Part shown: piece after piece, positions 1 to 9,577 of the stretch
How the letters are laid out: each line of letters starts with the position of its first letter
Position numbering within the stretch: the stretch's first letter is position 1
NCBI GenBank assembly: GCA_029210585.1
Contig: JARGFP010000011.1
Location: 25,814 to 89,813, forward strand
Source of the DNA: Bacteroidales bacterium
Lineage (GTDB): Bacteria; Bacteroidota; Bacteroidia; Bacteroidales; GCA-2748055
Direction: 5' to 3'
DNA: 64,000 nt
Translations under genes and position numbers: made by a program
Notes under the pieces: generated by a model
Databases searched by the model: none
What the model was told of the DNA's origin: nothing
What the model saw: only the letters and a program-made list of their open reading frames with translations

Positions 1-754
1 ATTTCACCATCTGGTCGATCACCACGTTCCTGCGGCTGAAGGCATTGTCCGGATTCAGGTAGGGATTATACCGGGTGGGAGCTTTCAGCATCCCCACAAG
101 GATGGCGGCCTCCTCCAGTTTCAATGAATCGGGGGAGGTGTCAAAGAAAGTGCGGGAGGCCGACTTGATACCAATCACCGCATCACTCCCGAAGGGTACG
201 GTATTCAGGTACATGGTCAGTATCTCGGGCTTGGTATAACTGCGCTCAAGGCGCACAGCGGTATTCCATTCCTTGAATTTCACAACGGCCATGTGTGCCG
301 CCCTGCCGATCTTCGTATTGTTCTGCGTCGTATCCCTCGGAAACAGGTTTTTCGCCAGCTGCTGTGAGATGGTGCTGCCGCCGCCCGCGTCCTGGCCCAT
401 CAACACAGATTTCACGGCCACCCGTGCAAGACTGCGCATATCGATTCCTGAATGACGCTTGTACCGCACATCCTCCGTAGCCACCAGTGCATCAACGAGA
501 TAGGGTGACAATTCGTCATATTCCACCAGCGTCCGGTTCTCCACAAAGAACTTATCGAGCAATTCACCGTTATCCGTATAGATTTCTGACGCCAGGTTGG
601 TTTGCGGGTTCTCCAGCTCTTCGAAAGTAGGCATGAATCCCATTTTTCCCTTCGCGATCAGGACAAAAAGTAAAATAATGAAAATAAATGCGAGTCCGTA
701 TAAGCTCCAGAGAACAGCGAGGAATACCGTGTGTTTATCGGCTTTTTTCAGCAT
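1..754 (-). CDS. Class A penicillin-binding protein (PBP1A-like), N-terminal GT51 transglycosylase part; the C-terminus lies beyond the left edge
   Basis: Absent from the ORF track because it is open at position 1. My minus-strand translation from the ATG (comp. 752-754) reads MLKKADKHTVFLAVLWSLYGLAFIFIILLFVLI (TM anchor), then EDVRYKRHSGID, then GGSTISQQLAKN. That is the GT51 glycosyltransferase signature order. Confidence 0.8.
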   Translation of the reverse strand, partial: MLKKADKHTVFLAVLWSLYGLAFIFIILLFVLIAKGKMGFMPTFEELENPQTNLASEIYTDNGELLDKFFVENRTLVEYDELSPYLVDALVATEDVRYKRHSGIDMRSLARVAVKSVLMGQDAGGGSTISQQLAKNLFPRDTTQNNTKIGRAAHMAVVKFKEWNTAVRLERSYTKPEILTMYLNTVPFGSDAVIGIKSASRTFFDTSPDSLKLEEAAILVGMLKAPTRYNPYLNPDNAFSRRNVVIDQMVK

Positions 755-772
755 CTTGGAAGTTGTTTGCGA

Positions 773-780
773 CAAAAATA
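773..780 (-). promoter_or_regulatory. Candidate Bacteroidota -7 box (TATTTTTG, fits TAnnTTTG) for the PBP gene
   Basis: The plus strand reads caaaaata. Its reverse complement TATTTTTG ends 18 nt upstream of the ATG at 754. Confidence 0.4.
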
Positions 781-825
781 GTAATTATTTACAGCAAAAA
801 TTTGAGAGTACTCAACCAATTGGTA

Positions 826-833
826 TAATTTTG
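826..833 (+). promoter_or_regulatory. Candidate -7 box TAATTTTG for topA
   Basis: Perfect TAnnTTTG match 35 nt upstream of the topA ATG (868). A TTG at 802-804 sits 21 nt upstream, a -33-like spacing. Confidence 0.45.
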
Positions 834-867
834 TGCTTTTATTAAGAAACGTATTGGGGGAGAAATT

Positions 868-3198
868 ATGATTGAGAATTTAGTAATTGTTGAGTCACCG
901 GCTAAAGCAAGGACCATTGAACGGTTCCTGGGAAAAGATTTCGTGGTCAAGTCAAGCTTCGGCCATGTAAGGGACCTGGCCAAAAAGAACCTGGGAATTG
1001 ATATTGAAAATAATTTCCAGCCGGAATACATTGTTTCGGCCGATAAGAAAAAGGTGGTGAAGGAGCTGAAGGACCTTGCAAAAAAAGCCAACACAGTCTG
1101 GATCGCATCTGATGAGGACCGCGAAGGAGAAGCCATCGCCTGGCACCTGCAGGAAGTCCTTGACCTGGAAAAGGAAAAAACCAGGCGTATCGTGTTCCAT
1201 GAGATCACAAAAGAAGCCATACAGCACGCTATCGAACATCCGCGCAGCATCGATGTGAACCTGGTCAATGCGCAGCAGGCACGCAGGGTGCTCGACAGGC
1301 TGGTGGGATTCGAGCTCTCCCCGCTCCTGTGGAAAAAGGTAAAGCCTTCCCTGTCGGCAGGCCGCGTACAAAGCGTGGCAGTAAAACTGATCGTGGAACG
1401 TGAACGTGAAGTGAATGCTTTCCGGTCCAACGCCTATTACAGGGTAACGGCAACCTTTACAGTTGCAGCAGCAAACAATGATACATCAGCCGGACAGGAG
1501 GTGAGGGCAGAACTTTCAAAGCGTTTTGACACCATCGAAGAAACACGTGCCTTTCTTGAAAAATGCGCCCAGGCAAAGTTCAGGGTCAGCTCCGTGGAGA
1601 AAAAACCGGGAAAGAAATCTCCTGCCCCACCGTTCACCACATCCACACTGCAGCAGGAAGCCAGCCGGAAACTTGGATATTCGGTCTCGCAGACCATGTC
1701 CATTGCCCAGCGGCTATACGAATCGGGACAGATCACCTATATGCGTACCGACTCTGTGAACCTGTCGAACCTGGCCATCTCCACAGCTTCAGCAGAGATA
1801 AAAAGTTCATTTGGCGAAAAATACCTCAAGGTGCGCAAGTATGCCACCAAATCGAAAGGTGCACAGGAAGCACACGAAGCAATACGTCCCACCTACATCA
1901 GCAACCGCACAATCAATGGCAGCAGCCAGGAACAACGCCTGTATGAACTGATCTGGAAACGGACCATCGCCTCGCAGATGAGCGACGCACAATTGGAGCG
2001 GACCACAGTGAAAATAGACGTGTCCACCACTGATGAACACTTCATCGCCACGGGCGAAGTGCTTATTTTCGACGGCTTCCTGAAGGTGTATATCGAATCC
2101 ACCGATGATGAGAACGAGGAAGAAACCGGGAGCCTGCTCCCCCCGCTCAGGGAGAATGACCAGCTGAACAACAAGCGCATTGAAGCGGTACAGAAATTTA
2201 CCCTTCCCCCGGCAAGGTATACCGAGGCAAGCCTGGTCAAAAAACTCGAGGAACTGGGCATCGGGCGTCCTTCCACATATGCTCCCACTATCTCTACCAT
2301 CCAGAACCGGGAATACGTGGTAAAGGAAACACGACCCGGGCAAAAGCGGGAGATAATTACCCTCACACTCCAGCAGGGGAGCATTACCGAAAAAAAGAAA
2401 ACGGAAACCACCGGGCACGAGAAACAAAAACTCTTCCCCACGGATATCGGCATGGTGGTCAACGATTTCCTGGAGCAGTACTTTGTGAGCATCATGAACT
2501 ATAACTTCACCGCTGACGTGGAGAAAAAATTCGATGCCATCGCAATGGGCAAAGAAGACTGGACTGCTATGATATCCGAATTTTACGATCCCTTCCACAA
2601 AAAAGTGGACGAAACCATGGAAACCTCTGAGAAGTCGAAAGGCGAACGCCTGCTGGGCGAAGATCCGGAATCGGGCAAACCGGTTACGGTAAAGATCGGA
2701 AGGTTCGGTCCCATGGTGCAGATCGGGGAAGCAGAAGATGAGGAGAAACCGCGATTTGCCAGCCTGCTGAAAGGGCAGGGCATGGAAACCATCACACTCA
2801 GGGAAGCCCTTGACCTGTTCAAACTGCCACGGACACTGGGACAGCTGGAAGGTGACGACGTTACTGTTGCCATAGGCAGATACGGACCCTATGTCCGTCA
2901 CCAGAACAAATTCGTCTCCCTGCAAAAAGAAGACGATCCCTACACAGTTGGCCTGGACCGGGCCATTGAGCTGATCATGGCCAAAAGGGAAGAGGAGAAA
3001 AACCGGATCATCAGGGAATTCGATGATAAACCCGGTCTGCAGGTGCTGAACGGAAAATATGGTCCGTACATCGCCTATGACAAGAAGAATTATAAAATAC
3101 CGAAAAGCAAGAAACCCGAAGAACTTACCCTGGAGGATTGCATGGAGATTATCGAGAAAACACCTGACAGGAAACCCTCCCGCCGACGTAAATCATAA
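868..3198 (+). CDS. topA: DNA topoisomerase I
   Basis: 776-aa ORF. Toprim N-terminus MIENLVIVESPAKARTIERFLG, acidic SDEDREGEAIAWH, and the active-site Tyr context QITYMRTDS. C-terminal repeated GRFGPMVQIG, GRYGPYVRH and GKYGPYIAY motifs. Confidence 0.97.
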   Translation: MIENLVIVESPAKARTIERFLGKDFVVKSSFGHVRDLAKKNLGIDIENNFQPEYIVSADKKKVVKELKDLAKKANTVWIASDEDREGEAIAWHLQEVLDLEKEKTRRIVFHEITKEAIQHAIEHPRSIDVNLVNAQQARRVLDRLVGFELSPLLWKKVKPSLSAGRVQSVAVKLIVEREREVNAFRSNAYYRVTATFTVAAANNDTSAGQEVRAELSKRFDTIEETRAFLEKCAQAKFRVSSVEKKPGKKSPAPPFTTSTLQQEASRKLGYSVSQTMSIAQRLYESGQITYMRTDSVNLSNLAISTASAEIKSSFGEKYLKVRKYATKSKGAQEAHEAIRPTYISNRTINGSSQEQRLYELIWKRTIASQMSDAQLERTTVKIDVSTTDEHFIATGEVLIFDGFLKVYIESTDDENEEETGSLLPPLRENDQLNNKRIEAVQKFTLPPARYTEASLVKKLEELGIGRPSTYAPTISTIQNREYVVKETRPGQKREIITLTLQQGSITEKKKTETTGHEKQKLFPTDIGMVVNDFLEQYFVSIMNYNFTADVEKKFDAIAMGKEDWTAMISEFYDPFHKKVDETMETSEKSKGERLLGEDPESGKPVTVKIGRFGPMVQIGEAEDEEKPRFASLLKGQGMETITLREALDLFKLPRTLGQLEGDDVTVAIGRYGPYVRHQNKFVSLQKEDDPYTVGLDRAIELIMAKREEEKNRIIREFDDKPGLQVLNGKYGPYIAYDKKNYKIPKSKKPEELTLEDCMEIIEKTPDRKPSRRRKS

Positions 3199-3210
3199 AA
3201 TGCACACTGT

Positions 3211-4380
3211 ATGGACCTCAATGGATATTTCGACCCTGTAAGCCTTGACCGGCCCGAGTTTCACCTGCTTCCGGAGAAATATTCCTTTGTCAGGAACATC
3301 TCCATTCATACCCCCGACAGGCCCATCCGAAATATGGACCAGTACCAGCTGGCACTGATCGGGGTCCCGGAAGACAAGGCCGCCTATATCAGGGGAAGCG
3401 CCTCTGCCCCCGACCGTGTAAGGAGTATGCTCTACCAGTTGAGGAAAATCAATAAGAACGTGAAGGTATACGACCTGGGAAACCTGAAGATTACCGGGAA
3501 CATCAATGACACCTATTATGCCATCCGCGACATCACCCTCGAATTGATCGAGCGCAAAGTGATCCCCTTCTTCATTGGTGGCTCCCAGGACCTCTCCTTC
3601 GGGGTCATCCTGGCACTGGAAAAAATGAAAGGCATCAGGCAACTGGTAACCATGGATCCCCGGCTGGACTTATGGCCGGAAAAGGACCCGGAGATCAATT
3701 CCAGGAACTACCTCAACTATATCCTCGACAAGGAGGTCAAGAAACGCTTTACCTATTCCAACCTGGGGCACCAGGTATATTTTATTGCTGAGAACCAAGT
3801 GGATATCCTAGAAAGGGAATTCATGGAAAGTGTGCGGCTCGGGGAACTCAGGGAGGACATCAGGAAGGCAGAACCATTGATCCGTGATGCCGATTTCCTG
3901 GGAATTGACATGAATACCGTGAGACACTCCGATGCCCCTGGTGTCACCAACCCTTCCCCTAACGGCTGTTTCGGTGATGAACTTTGTGCCATCACCCGCT
4001 ATGGCGGGATCAGCGAAAAAGTGAAAGTGTGCGGATTGTTTGAACTCTCGCCGGAAAAGGACCTTAACGACCAGACAAGCCACCTGGCTGCCCAGGCAGT
4101 TTGGTACTTCATCGACGGATTGTCCCACCGACTGAAAGAAAACCCGGTCGAAACCTCCGACCATACGAAAAAATTTATTATCACACCGGATGAGCTCGAC
4201 CAGGAACTTGTATTCATTAAAAGTAACCTTTCAGAAAGGTGGTGGATCGAGATCCCTGTGAAAAATCCGCTTACAAATCATAACTATTTTATCTCATGTT
4301 CGTATGAGGATTACAAAAAGGCCTGCAACAATGTGATTCCTGACAGGTGGTGGAGATATCTGCACAGGTTAGGTAATTAA
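3211..4380 (+). CDS. Arginase/formiminoglutamase-fold protein, with metal-ligand motifs that look degenerate
   Basis: 389-aa ORF starting 12 nt after topA. Ureohydrolase-like layout (FIGGSQDLS, TMDPRLD, LGIDMNTVRHSDAPGVTNPSPNG) plus a Trp-rich C-terminal extension. Confidence 0.6.
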   Translation: MDLNGYFDPVSLDRPEFHLLPEKYSFVRNISIHTPDRPIRNMDQYQLALIGVPEDKAAYIRGSASAPDRVRSMLYQLRKINKNVKVYDLGNLKITGNINDTYYAIRDITLELIERKVIPFFIGGSQDLSFGVILALEKMKGIRQLVTMDPRLDLWPEKDPEINSRNYLNYILDKEVKKRFTYSNLGHQVYFIAENQVDILEREFMESVRLGELREDIRKAEPLIRDADFLGIDMNTVRHSDAPGVTNPSPNGCFGDELCAITRYGGISEKVKVCGLFELSPEKDLNDQTSHLAAQAVWYFIDGLSHRLKENPVETSDHTKKFIITPDELDQELVFIKSNLSERWWIEIPVKNPLTNHNYFISCSYEDYKKACNNVIPDRWWRYLHRLGN

Positions 4381-4574
4381 TCACGGAGGTTTTGCGTTCT
4401 ATTGAATACGAAAAATTGGAATTCACCATCAACCAGGTTGGTACGGTTGTTTAAATCTTGGGGTGGTTATTAACATTCTGGTGTTAATAATATTTGTGCC
4501 GACGGATATTTTTTACTTATTTTACTTCGGCAAAAATGCGGAGTTACAGATGATACAGGCATTTTAGAAAGCAC

Positions 4575-5516
4575 ATGAAAAAACTGGCAAGCATAATCTT
4601 CTTTGTTTCCATTTCACTTGCTGTGATTGCTCAGCAGGATCCAAAGCTGAGTCAGAATATGTTCCTGGTTCCCGTATTCAATCCGGGAGCGATGGGGCAG
4701 TCTGACATGATCTGTGCAGCCGCATCGTTCCGTAACCAGTGGGCAGGATTTCCCGGTGCTCCCGTGGTCTCAACATTTACCGCACATGCCCCGTTTTCCC
4801 TGTTCGGAAGATCCCATGGGGTGGGCATCAACCTGATGAATGACAATGTAGCACTGAACAACGACCTGTTCGTCAGTGCTGCCTATTCCTACAAGATCGA
4901 TTTTGGCTCAGGCGTACTGGGTATCGGGCTGAATGCGGGCTTTGCCAATCACTCTTTCGATCCGTCGGGTCTGAATGGTGCAGATGTGATCGATATTACC
5001 GGCGATGATGCCATTCCGCAGAATGCAGCGAGCCTCTTCGGCTTCGACATGGGAGCAGGAGCTTACTACTCCACCGATAAATTGTATTTCGGGCTCTCCA
5101 CAACGCACCTGAACCAGACCTCTTTCGATTTTCCCGAAGAACTGGCAGAGACCAGGCTCATCAGGCATTATTACGCGGTTGGGGGATATACCATCCAACT
5201 TCCCAACCCTACATTTGAACTGATACCATCGTTCATGCTTCAGACAGATACAAAAGACCACCATATTTACCTCAACACCAACGTCAGATACAATAAAAGG
5301 TTCTGGGGAGGAGTTTCATATTCAGTGGGGGGTGCGGTAAGTGCCCTGTTTGGAATTGAACTGATGAATGGGATCAAAGTGGGCTATTCCTATGATATCG
5401 AACTTTCACCGCTGTTTAAATACAGCAGCGGGTCGCACGAAGTGACTGTAAGGTATTGCTTCGATCTCAGTCTGGATAAGAGTCCGCAAAAATATGAGAG
5501 CATTAGATTTTTATAA
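4575..5516 (+). CDS. porP: PorP/SprF-family T9SS outer-membrane protein
   Basis: Signal peptide, then QQDPKLSQNMFLVPVFNPGAMG, with a C-terminal GSHEVTVRYCF. Both motifs recur in the SprF-like ORF at 32016 (QQLPQFSQYMFNDFVLNPAIAG and GSHEIMIGYRF). Sits directly upstream of gldK. Confidence 0.8.
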   Translation: MKKLASIIFFVSISLAVIAQQDPKLSQNMFLVPVFNPGAMGQSDMICAAASFRNQWAGFPGAPVVSTFTAHAPFSLFGRSHGVGINLMNDNVALNNDLFVSAAYSYKIDFGSGVLGIGLNAGFANHSFDPSGLNGADVIDITGDDAIPQNAASLFGFDMGAGAYYSTDKLYFGLSTTHLNQTSFDFPEELAETRLIRHYYAVGGYTIQLPNPTFELIPSFMLQTDTKDHHIYLNTNVRYNKRFWGGVSYSVGGAVSALFGIELMNGIKVGYSYDIELSPLFKYSSGSHEVTVRYCFDLSLDKSPQKYESIRFL

Positions 5517-5591
5517 TTAATTACTATATTTAGATTGTTTTTATAATTTGAACTTCTTGATAAAGACGGTTATTGCATAAACACCCAAGCC

Positions 5592-7001
5592 ATGAAAAAA
5601 GTACTTATACTGGGATTATTGGTAGCACTATTAAGCAGTTGTGCCAACTACAACACAGGAGAACTCGTCGGAGTACAGGGAAGAAAAGCTTATATTGAGC
5701 CCGATCCGTATGGAATGCTTTTTATCCCCACCGGGTCATTTACAATGGGACCCAGTGACCAGGATGTAGCATGGACACAGAACGCCCTGGCCAGAACCGT
5801 GTCGATTGATGCTTTCTGGATGGACGAGACAGAAATTACCAACAACGAATACAGGCAGTTTATACATTGGGTCCGCGATTCCATCATGCGCAAAGGACTT
5901 GCCGCTGCAGATATCCAGGATTTCCAGTATATCGACCAGAACGACCAGCCGGTCATCCTTCCCTCCGGGGAACCAAGGATCAACTGGGATACCCCGCTTG
6001 ACGTGATCAAAAAAGACAGGGAAGGAAACATGAAGGCCATCGTATATGGTGATCCGCTTTCCGGCGACCCGGGCCTCGACCTTTACTATACCGGCGAAGA
6101 CCAGCTGTCACCGCGCGGCAAGGAACTAAAGGTCGAAAATCTTATCTATAACTATTACTGGGTGGATTTCCAGCAGGCTGCCAGGCACAGCAACAGGATG
6201 AAACTGGAATACAACACGGGTGATCCCGAACCAACTGTCACCTATGGCGGACAGGTTGTAAGGCCCGACGGAACCAGGGAAGATGTGGAAGGCAGGAGCT
6301 CTTTCGTGAACAAGGACTGGGTAATGGTATACCCCGATACGCTTTGCTGGATCGCAGATTTCACCTACAGCTATAATGAACCCATGGCCACCATGTATTT
6401 CTGGCATCCCTCCTATGACAACTACCCCGTGGTGGGTGTCAACTGGAAACAGGCCAACGCCTTCTGCAGTTGGAGGACCAGTTACCTGAATGATGCCCTG
6501 TTCAAATCAGGATTGGCACTTGTACAGGATTACAGGCTGCCAATGGAGGCCGAATGGGAATTTGCTGCCAGGGGAAACCTGGATCACAGCATGTATCCAT
6601 GGGGAGGTGTCTATCTGCGCAATAAAATAGGATGTTTCGTGGCAAACTTCAAACCGCTTCGTGGTAACTATGTGGATGATGGTGCACTTGCCACTGAAAG
6701 GGTTGCAACATTCTCTGCCAATGAATACGGACTGTACGACATGGCCGGTAATGTGGCGGAATGGACCATCAGCGCCTATGATCCTTCAGCATATGTGTTT
6801 TCCGCAACATTGAACCCCGACTACAAGTACAATGCAAAACCAAATGACCCGCCGGTAATGAAACGTAAAGTGATCAGGGGCGGTTCATGGAAAGATGTTG
6901 CCCGTTATCTGCAGGTAAGCGTACGTGATTACGAATACCAGGACACAGCCAAATCCTATATCGGATTCCGTTGTGTACGTTCATATTTAGGTACAAATTA
7001 A
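5592..7001 (+). CDS. gldK: T9SS/gliding lipoprotein GldK/PorK (FGE-sulfatase fold)
   Basis: Lipoprotein signal LLSSC. GELVGVQGR and PYGMLFIPTGSFTMGP near the N-terminus. SUMF1-type core (YRLPMEAEWEFAARG, GNVAEW, RGGSWKD, GFRCV). Confidence 0.9.
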   Translation: MKKVLILGLLVALLSSCANYNTGELVGVQGRKAYIEPDPYGMLFIPTGSFTMGPSDQDVAWTQNALARTVSIDAFWMDETEITNNEYRQFIHWVRDSIMRKGLAAADIQDFQYIDQNDQPVILPSGEPRINWDTPLDVIKKDREGNMKAIVYGDPLSGDPGLDLYYTGEDQLSPRGKELKVENLIYNYYWVDFQQAARHSNRMKLEYNTGDPEPTVTYGGQVVRPDGTREDVEGRSSFVNKDWVMVYPDTLCWIADFTYSYNEPMATMYFWHPSYDNYPVVGVNWKQANAFCSWRTSYLNDALFKSGLALVQDYRLPMEAEWEFAARGNLDHSMYPWGGVYLRNKIGCFVANFKPLRGNYVDDGALATERVATFSANEYGLYDMAGNVAEWTISAYDPSAYVFSATLNPDYKYNAKPNDPPVMKRKVIRGGSWKDVARYLQVSVRDYEYQDTAKSYIGFRCVRSYLGTN

Positions 7002-7016
7002 TAATCAACTATTGTT

Positions 7017-7979
7017 ATGGGAATCACAGAAATAGTCCAAAGTTCAGGCTGGAAGTCTTTCACAGCCAAGCTTTATGGTTTCGGAGCATCGATTGTGATC
7101 ATCGGCGCCCTGTTTAAAATCCAGCACTGGCCCGGCGCAAGTATTGCGCTTACCAGCGGGCTCCTGATCGAGGCAATTATCTTCTTCTTTTCAGCATTTG
7201 AACCGCTGCACGAGGAACTCGACTGGACCCTGGTATATCCGGAACTTGCCGGCTTGTCGGACCCGGACGAAATTGATGAACTCAAGGAAGAAGCCCTTGC
7301 AGGAAGAAATGTCGGGTTACAGAAATTTGACGATCTGATCAAGGAATCCCAGATCAGTGAGGCAGATGTGAAGAACCTGGGGAAAAGCATAACTGCCATC
7401 TCTGCAACCTCAGAATCCATTGCCGACATCACAGCAGCATCACTTGCTACAAAAGAGTATTTCAATAAGATGGGCAATGCCGCAACCAATATGGACCAGG
7501 TGGCAACCGCCTACGGAACCAATACCGGGCTGCTCAACCAGCAGGTGGAAACGCTTGCTTCCTCTTACCAGAATACTTCCCGCCTGATCGATGAAAAAGG
7601 AAAAGAGATCGCTGAACGGTTTGCTGCATCAAGTGCCAACCTTACCGCTGCCTATGAAGCCATGTCGGGCGAAGTAAAACAGGAACATACACAGATCTCT
7701 GAAAGCCAGAAGAAATTCCAGGGACAACTGGAACAGCTGAGCAAAAGCCTTGCCGAGCTGAATACCACCTACCATTCACAACTCGAAGGAAGCAAAGAAC
7801 ACCTCAAAGGTACTTCCGACGTGTACAAAGGTCTCAACGAAATGGTCAGCAGCCTGAAAACTTCCGTGGATGAAACACAGAAGTACAAGGAAGAAATCAC
7901 GAAGCTGAGTGAGAGCCTCTCGGAATTAAATAACATCTATGGTTCGATGCTCTCCGCAATGAGCATCCGCAAAAAGTAA
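7017..7979 (+). CDS. gldL: T9SS/gliding motor protein GldL/PorL
   Basis: N-terminus GASIVIIGALFKIQHWPGA followed by GLLIEAIIFFFSAFEP, the two-TM GldL signature as I remember it. Long coiled-coil-like Ser/Thr/Glu/Lys-rich tail. Lies between gldK and gldM. Confidence 0.85.
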   Translation: MGITEIVQSSGWKSFTAKLYGFGASIVIIGALFKIQHWPGASIALTSGLLIEAIIFFFSAFEPLHEELDWTLVYPELAGLSDPDEIDELKEEALAGRNVGLQKFDDLIKESQISEADVKNLGKSITAISATSESIADITAASLATKEYFNKMGNAATNMDQVATAYGTNTGLLNQQVETLASSYQNTSRLIDEKGKEIAERFAASSANLTAAYEAMSGEVKQEHTQISESQKKFQGQLEQLSKSLAELNTTYHSQLEGSKEHLKGTSDVYKGLNEMVSSLKTSVDETQKYKEEITKLSESLSELNNIYGSMLSAMSIRKK

Positions 7980-8006
7980 CAATTAATCTGATTTAATCCA
8001 TTTCGT

Positions 8007-9575
8007 ATGGCACACGGTAAGGAAACCCCGAGACAGAAAATGATCGGCATGATGTATTTGGTGCTGACAGCCATGCTGGCGCTGAATGTGTCCAAAGATG
8101 TGCTCGATGCATTTGTTATCGTGGATCATGGTCTCAATCAGACCACCGATAACTACGCTTCAAAAAACGAGGGGTTATATGGAAAAATCGACTTTGAATA
8201 TGCGCAGAACCAGGCCAAAGCAGGAGAATGGAAAGCCAAAGCTGATTCGGTCAAACAGATGTCGGAAGACCTGTTCGCATTTATCAATGAGTGCAAGGTC
8301 CAGATCGTAGAGATCAACGATCCCAAGGCCATCATTGACGGCGAGGTGGAACTGGAAGAAGTGAAGAAAAAGGACGATACAGATACCCCGGCACAGGTAA
8401 TGATCGTTAATAAAAAAGGAGATGAGCTGGAGGAGAGAATTGACGCTTTCAGGGAAAAAATGATCGGGATGATCCAAAACCCGGAAGAATACAGGGGCCT
8501 GATTGAATCTATCGAGGGAAACCTGGCAACGGATCCGTACCCTGCCGAAAAAGTGGGTGATCCCGATGTGGCCTGGCCCGAACATAACTTCGAACACCTG
8601 CCACTCGCTTCCGTGATCACAATCCTTTCCAAACTCCAGGCCGATGTCAGGAATGTTGAATCCGACATGGTGAGTTACCTCCTGGAACAGGTTGGCGCCA
8701 GGGACTTCAAGGTCAACGTGCTGGAAGCTGTGGTACTGCCGAACTCCAATGTGGTATTCAAGGGGCAGGAATACAGGGCCTCCGTCTTCCTTGCAGCCTA
8801 CGACTCCACGAAAGCCCCCGAGGTGGTCCTTAATAACGGGCAGACACTTAAAGTTGAAGGAGGAAAAGGCATTTATACTTCCACCTCCAACACGGCCGGA
8901 GAAAGGAGCTGGGGAGGTGTGCTGAAACTGGACAACGACGGACAGATCATTGAACGGGAATTTCAAACCACCTACCGGGTAACCGAAGCCAACGCGGTGA
9001 TCTCCCCCACCAAGATGAATGTATTCTACCGGGGGGTTGCCAACCCGGTATCTATCTCTGCATCAGGCGTTCCCGAAAGCGCTGTGAGCCCAAGGATTTC
9101 GGCGGGCAACATCCGGAAGGTCTCCGCAGGCAACTACATCGTGCAACCCGGTCCCAGGGAAACCACCAGCAAGGTCAGTGTATACGCGAATGTTGAAGGA
9201 AAACAGAGCTTCATGGGAGAAATGACCTTCCGCGTAATGAACCTCCCCGACCCGACCGCGCAGGTGAAAGGTATACCTAAGGGAACAGGATTTTTGACAC
9301 TCGGTGACCTGACACGGCTGCAAAAAGTGGAAGCCATAGCTGAAGACTTTTTGTTTGAAGTGGATTTTACCGTCACCAATTTTAAAGTGAATGTCGTAGC
9401 TTCAGGAGGTATCAATATTATTGAGGAATCCAAAAGCGAGAATTTCACCTCCGCACAGAAGGAACTCTTCAGAAATATGCGGGCAGGACAACGTGTGTTT
9501 ATAGAAGACGTGGAAGCCATCGGACCCGATGGTGTAAAACGTCAGCTTAACGGTATAACAATTAAAATTCGATAG
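8007..9575 (+). CDS. gldM: T9SS/gliding motor protein GldM/PorM
   Basis: N-terminus MAHGKETPRQKMIGMMYLVLTAMLALNVSKDVLDAF matches the conserved GldM start (PRQKMI..MYLV..AMLALN.SK). 522 aa. Operon position fits. Confidence 0.88.
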   Translation: MAHGKETPRQKMIGMMYLVLTAMLALNVSKDVLDAFVIVDHGLNQTTDNYASKNEGLYGKIDFEYAQNQAKAGEWKAKADSVKQMSEDLFAFINECKVQIVEINDPKAIIDGEVELEEVKKKDDTDTPAQVMIVNKKGDELEERIDAFREKMIGMIQNPEEYRGLIESIEGNLATDPYPAEKVGDPDVAWPEHNFEHLPLASVITILSKLQADVRNVESDMVSYLLEQVGARDFKVNVLEAVVLPNSNVVFKGQEYRASVFLAAYDSTKAPEVVLNNGQTLKVEGGKGIYTSTSNTAGERSWGGVLKLDNDGQIIEREFQTTYRVTEANAVISPTKMNVFYRGVANPVSISASGVPESAVSPRISAGNIRKVSAGNYIVQPGPRETTSKVSVYANVEGKQSFMGEMTFRVMNLPDPTAQVKGIPKGTGFLTLGDLTRLQKVEAIAEDFLFEVDFTVTNFKVNVVASGGINIIEESKSENFTSAQKELFRNMRAGQRVFIEDVEAIGPDGVKRQLNGITIKIR

Positions 9576-9577
9576 TG

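Noticed and set aside
1807-2925. Long ORFs antisense to well-supported genes: 372 aa inside topA. Similar cases are 10854-11792 (manC), 42390-43250 (saccharopine dehydrogenase), 44077-44709 (methyltransferase), 48170-49249 and 49643-50494 (secDF), and 62083-62862 (M16 peptidase).
   Set aside because: The sense frames carry unmistakable family signatures. The antisense translations are low-complexity (rich in Gly, Arg, Pro and His) with no motif I recognise. Such stop-poor antisense frames are common in genes with this codon usage.
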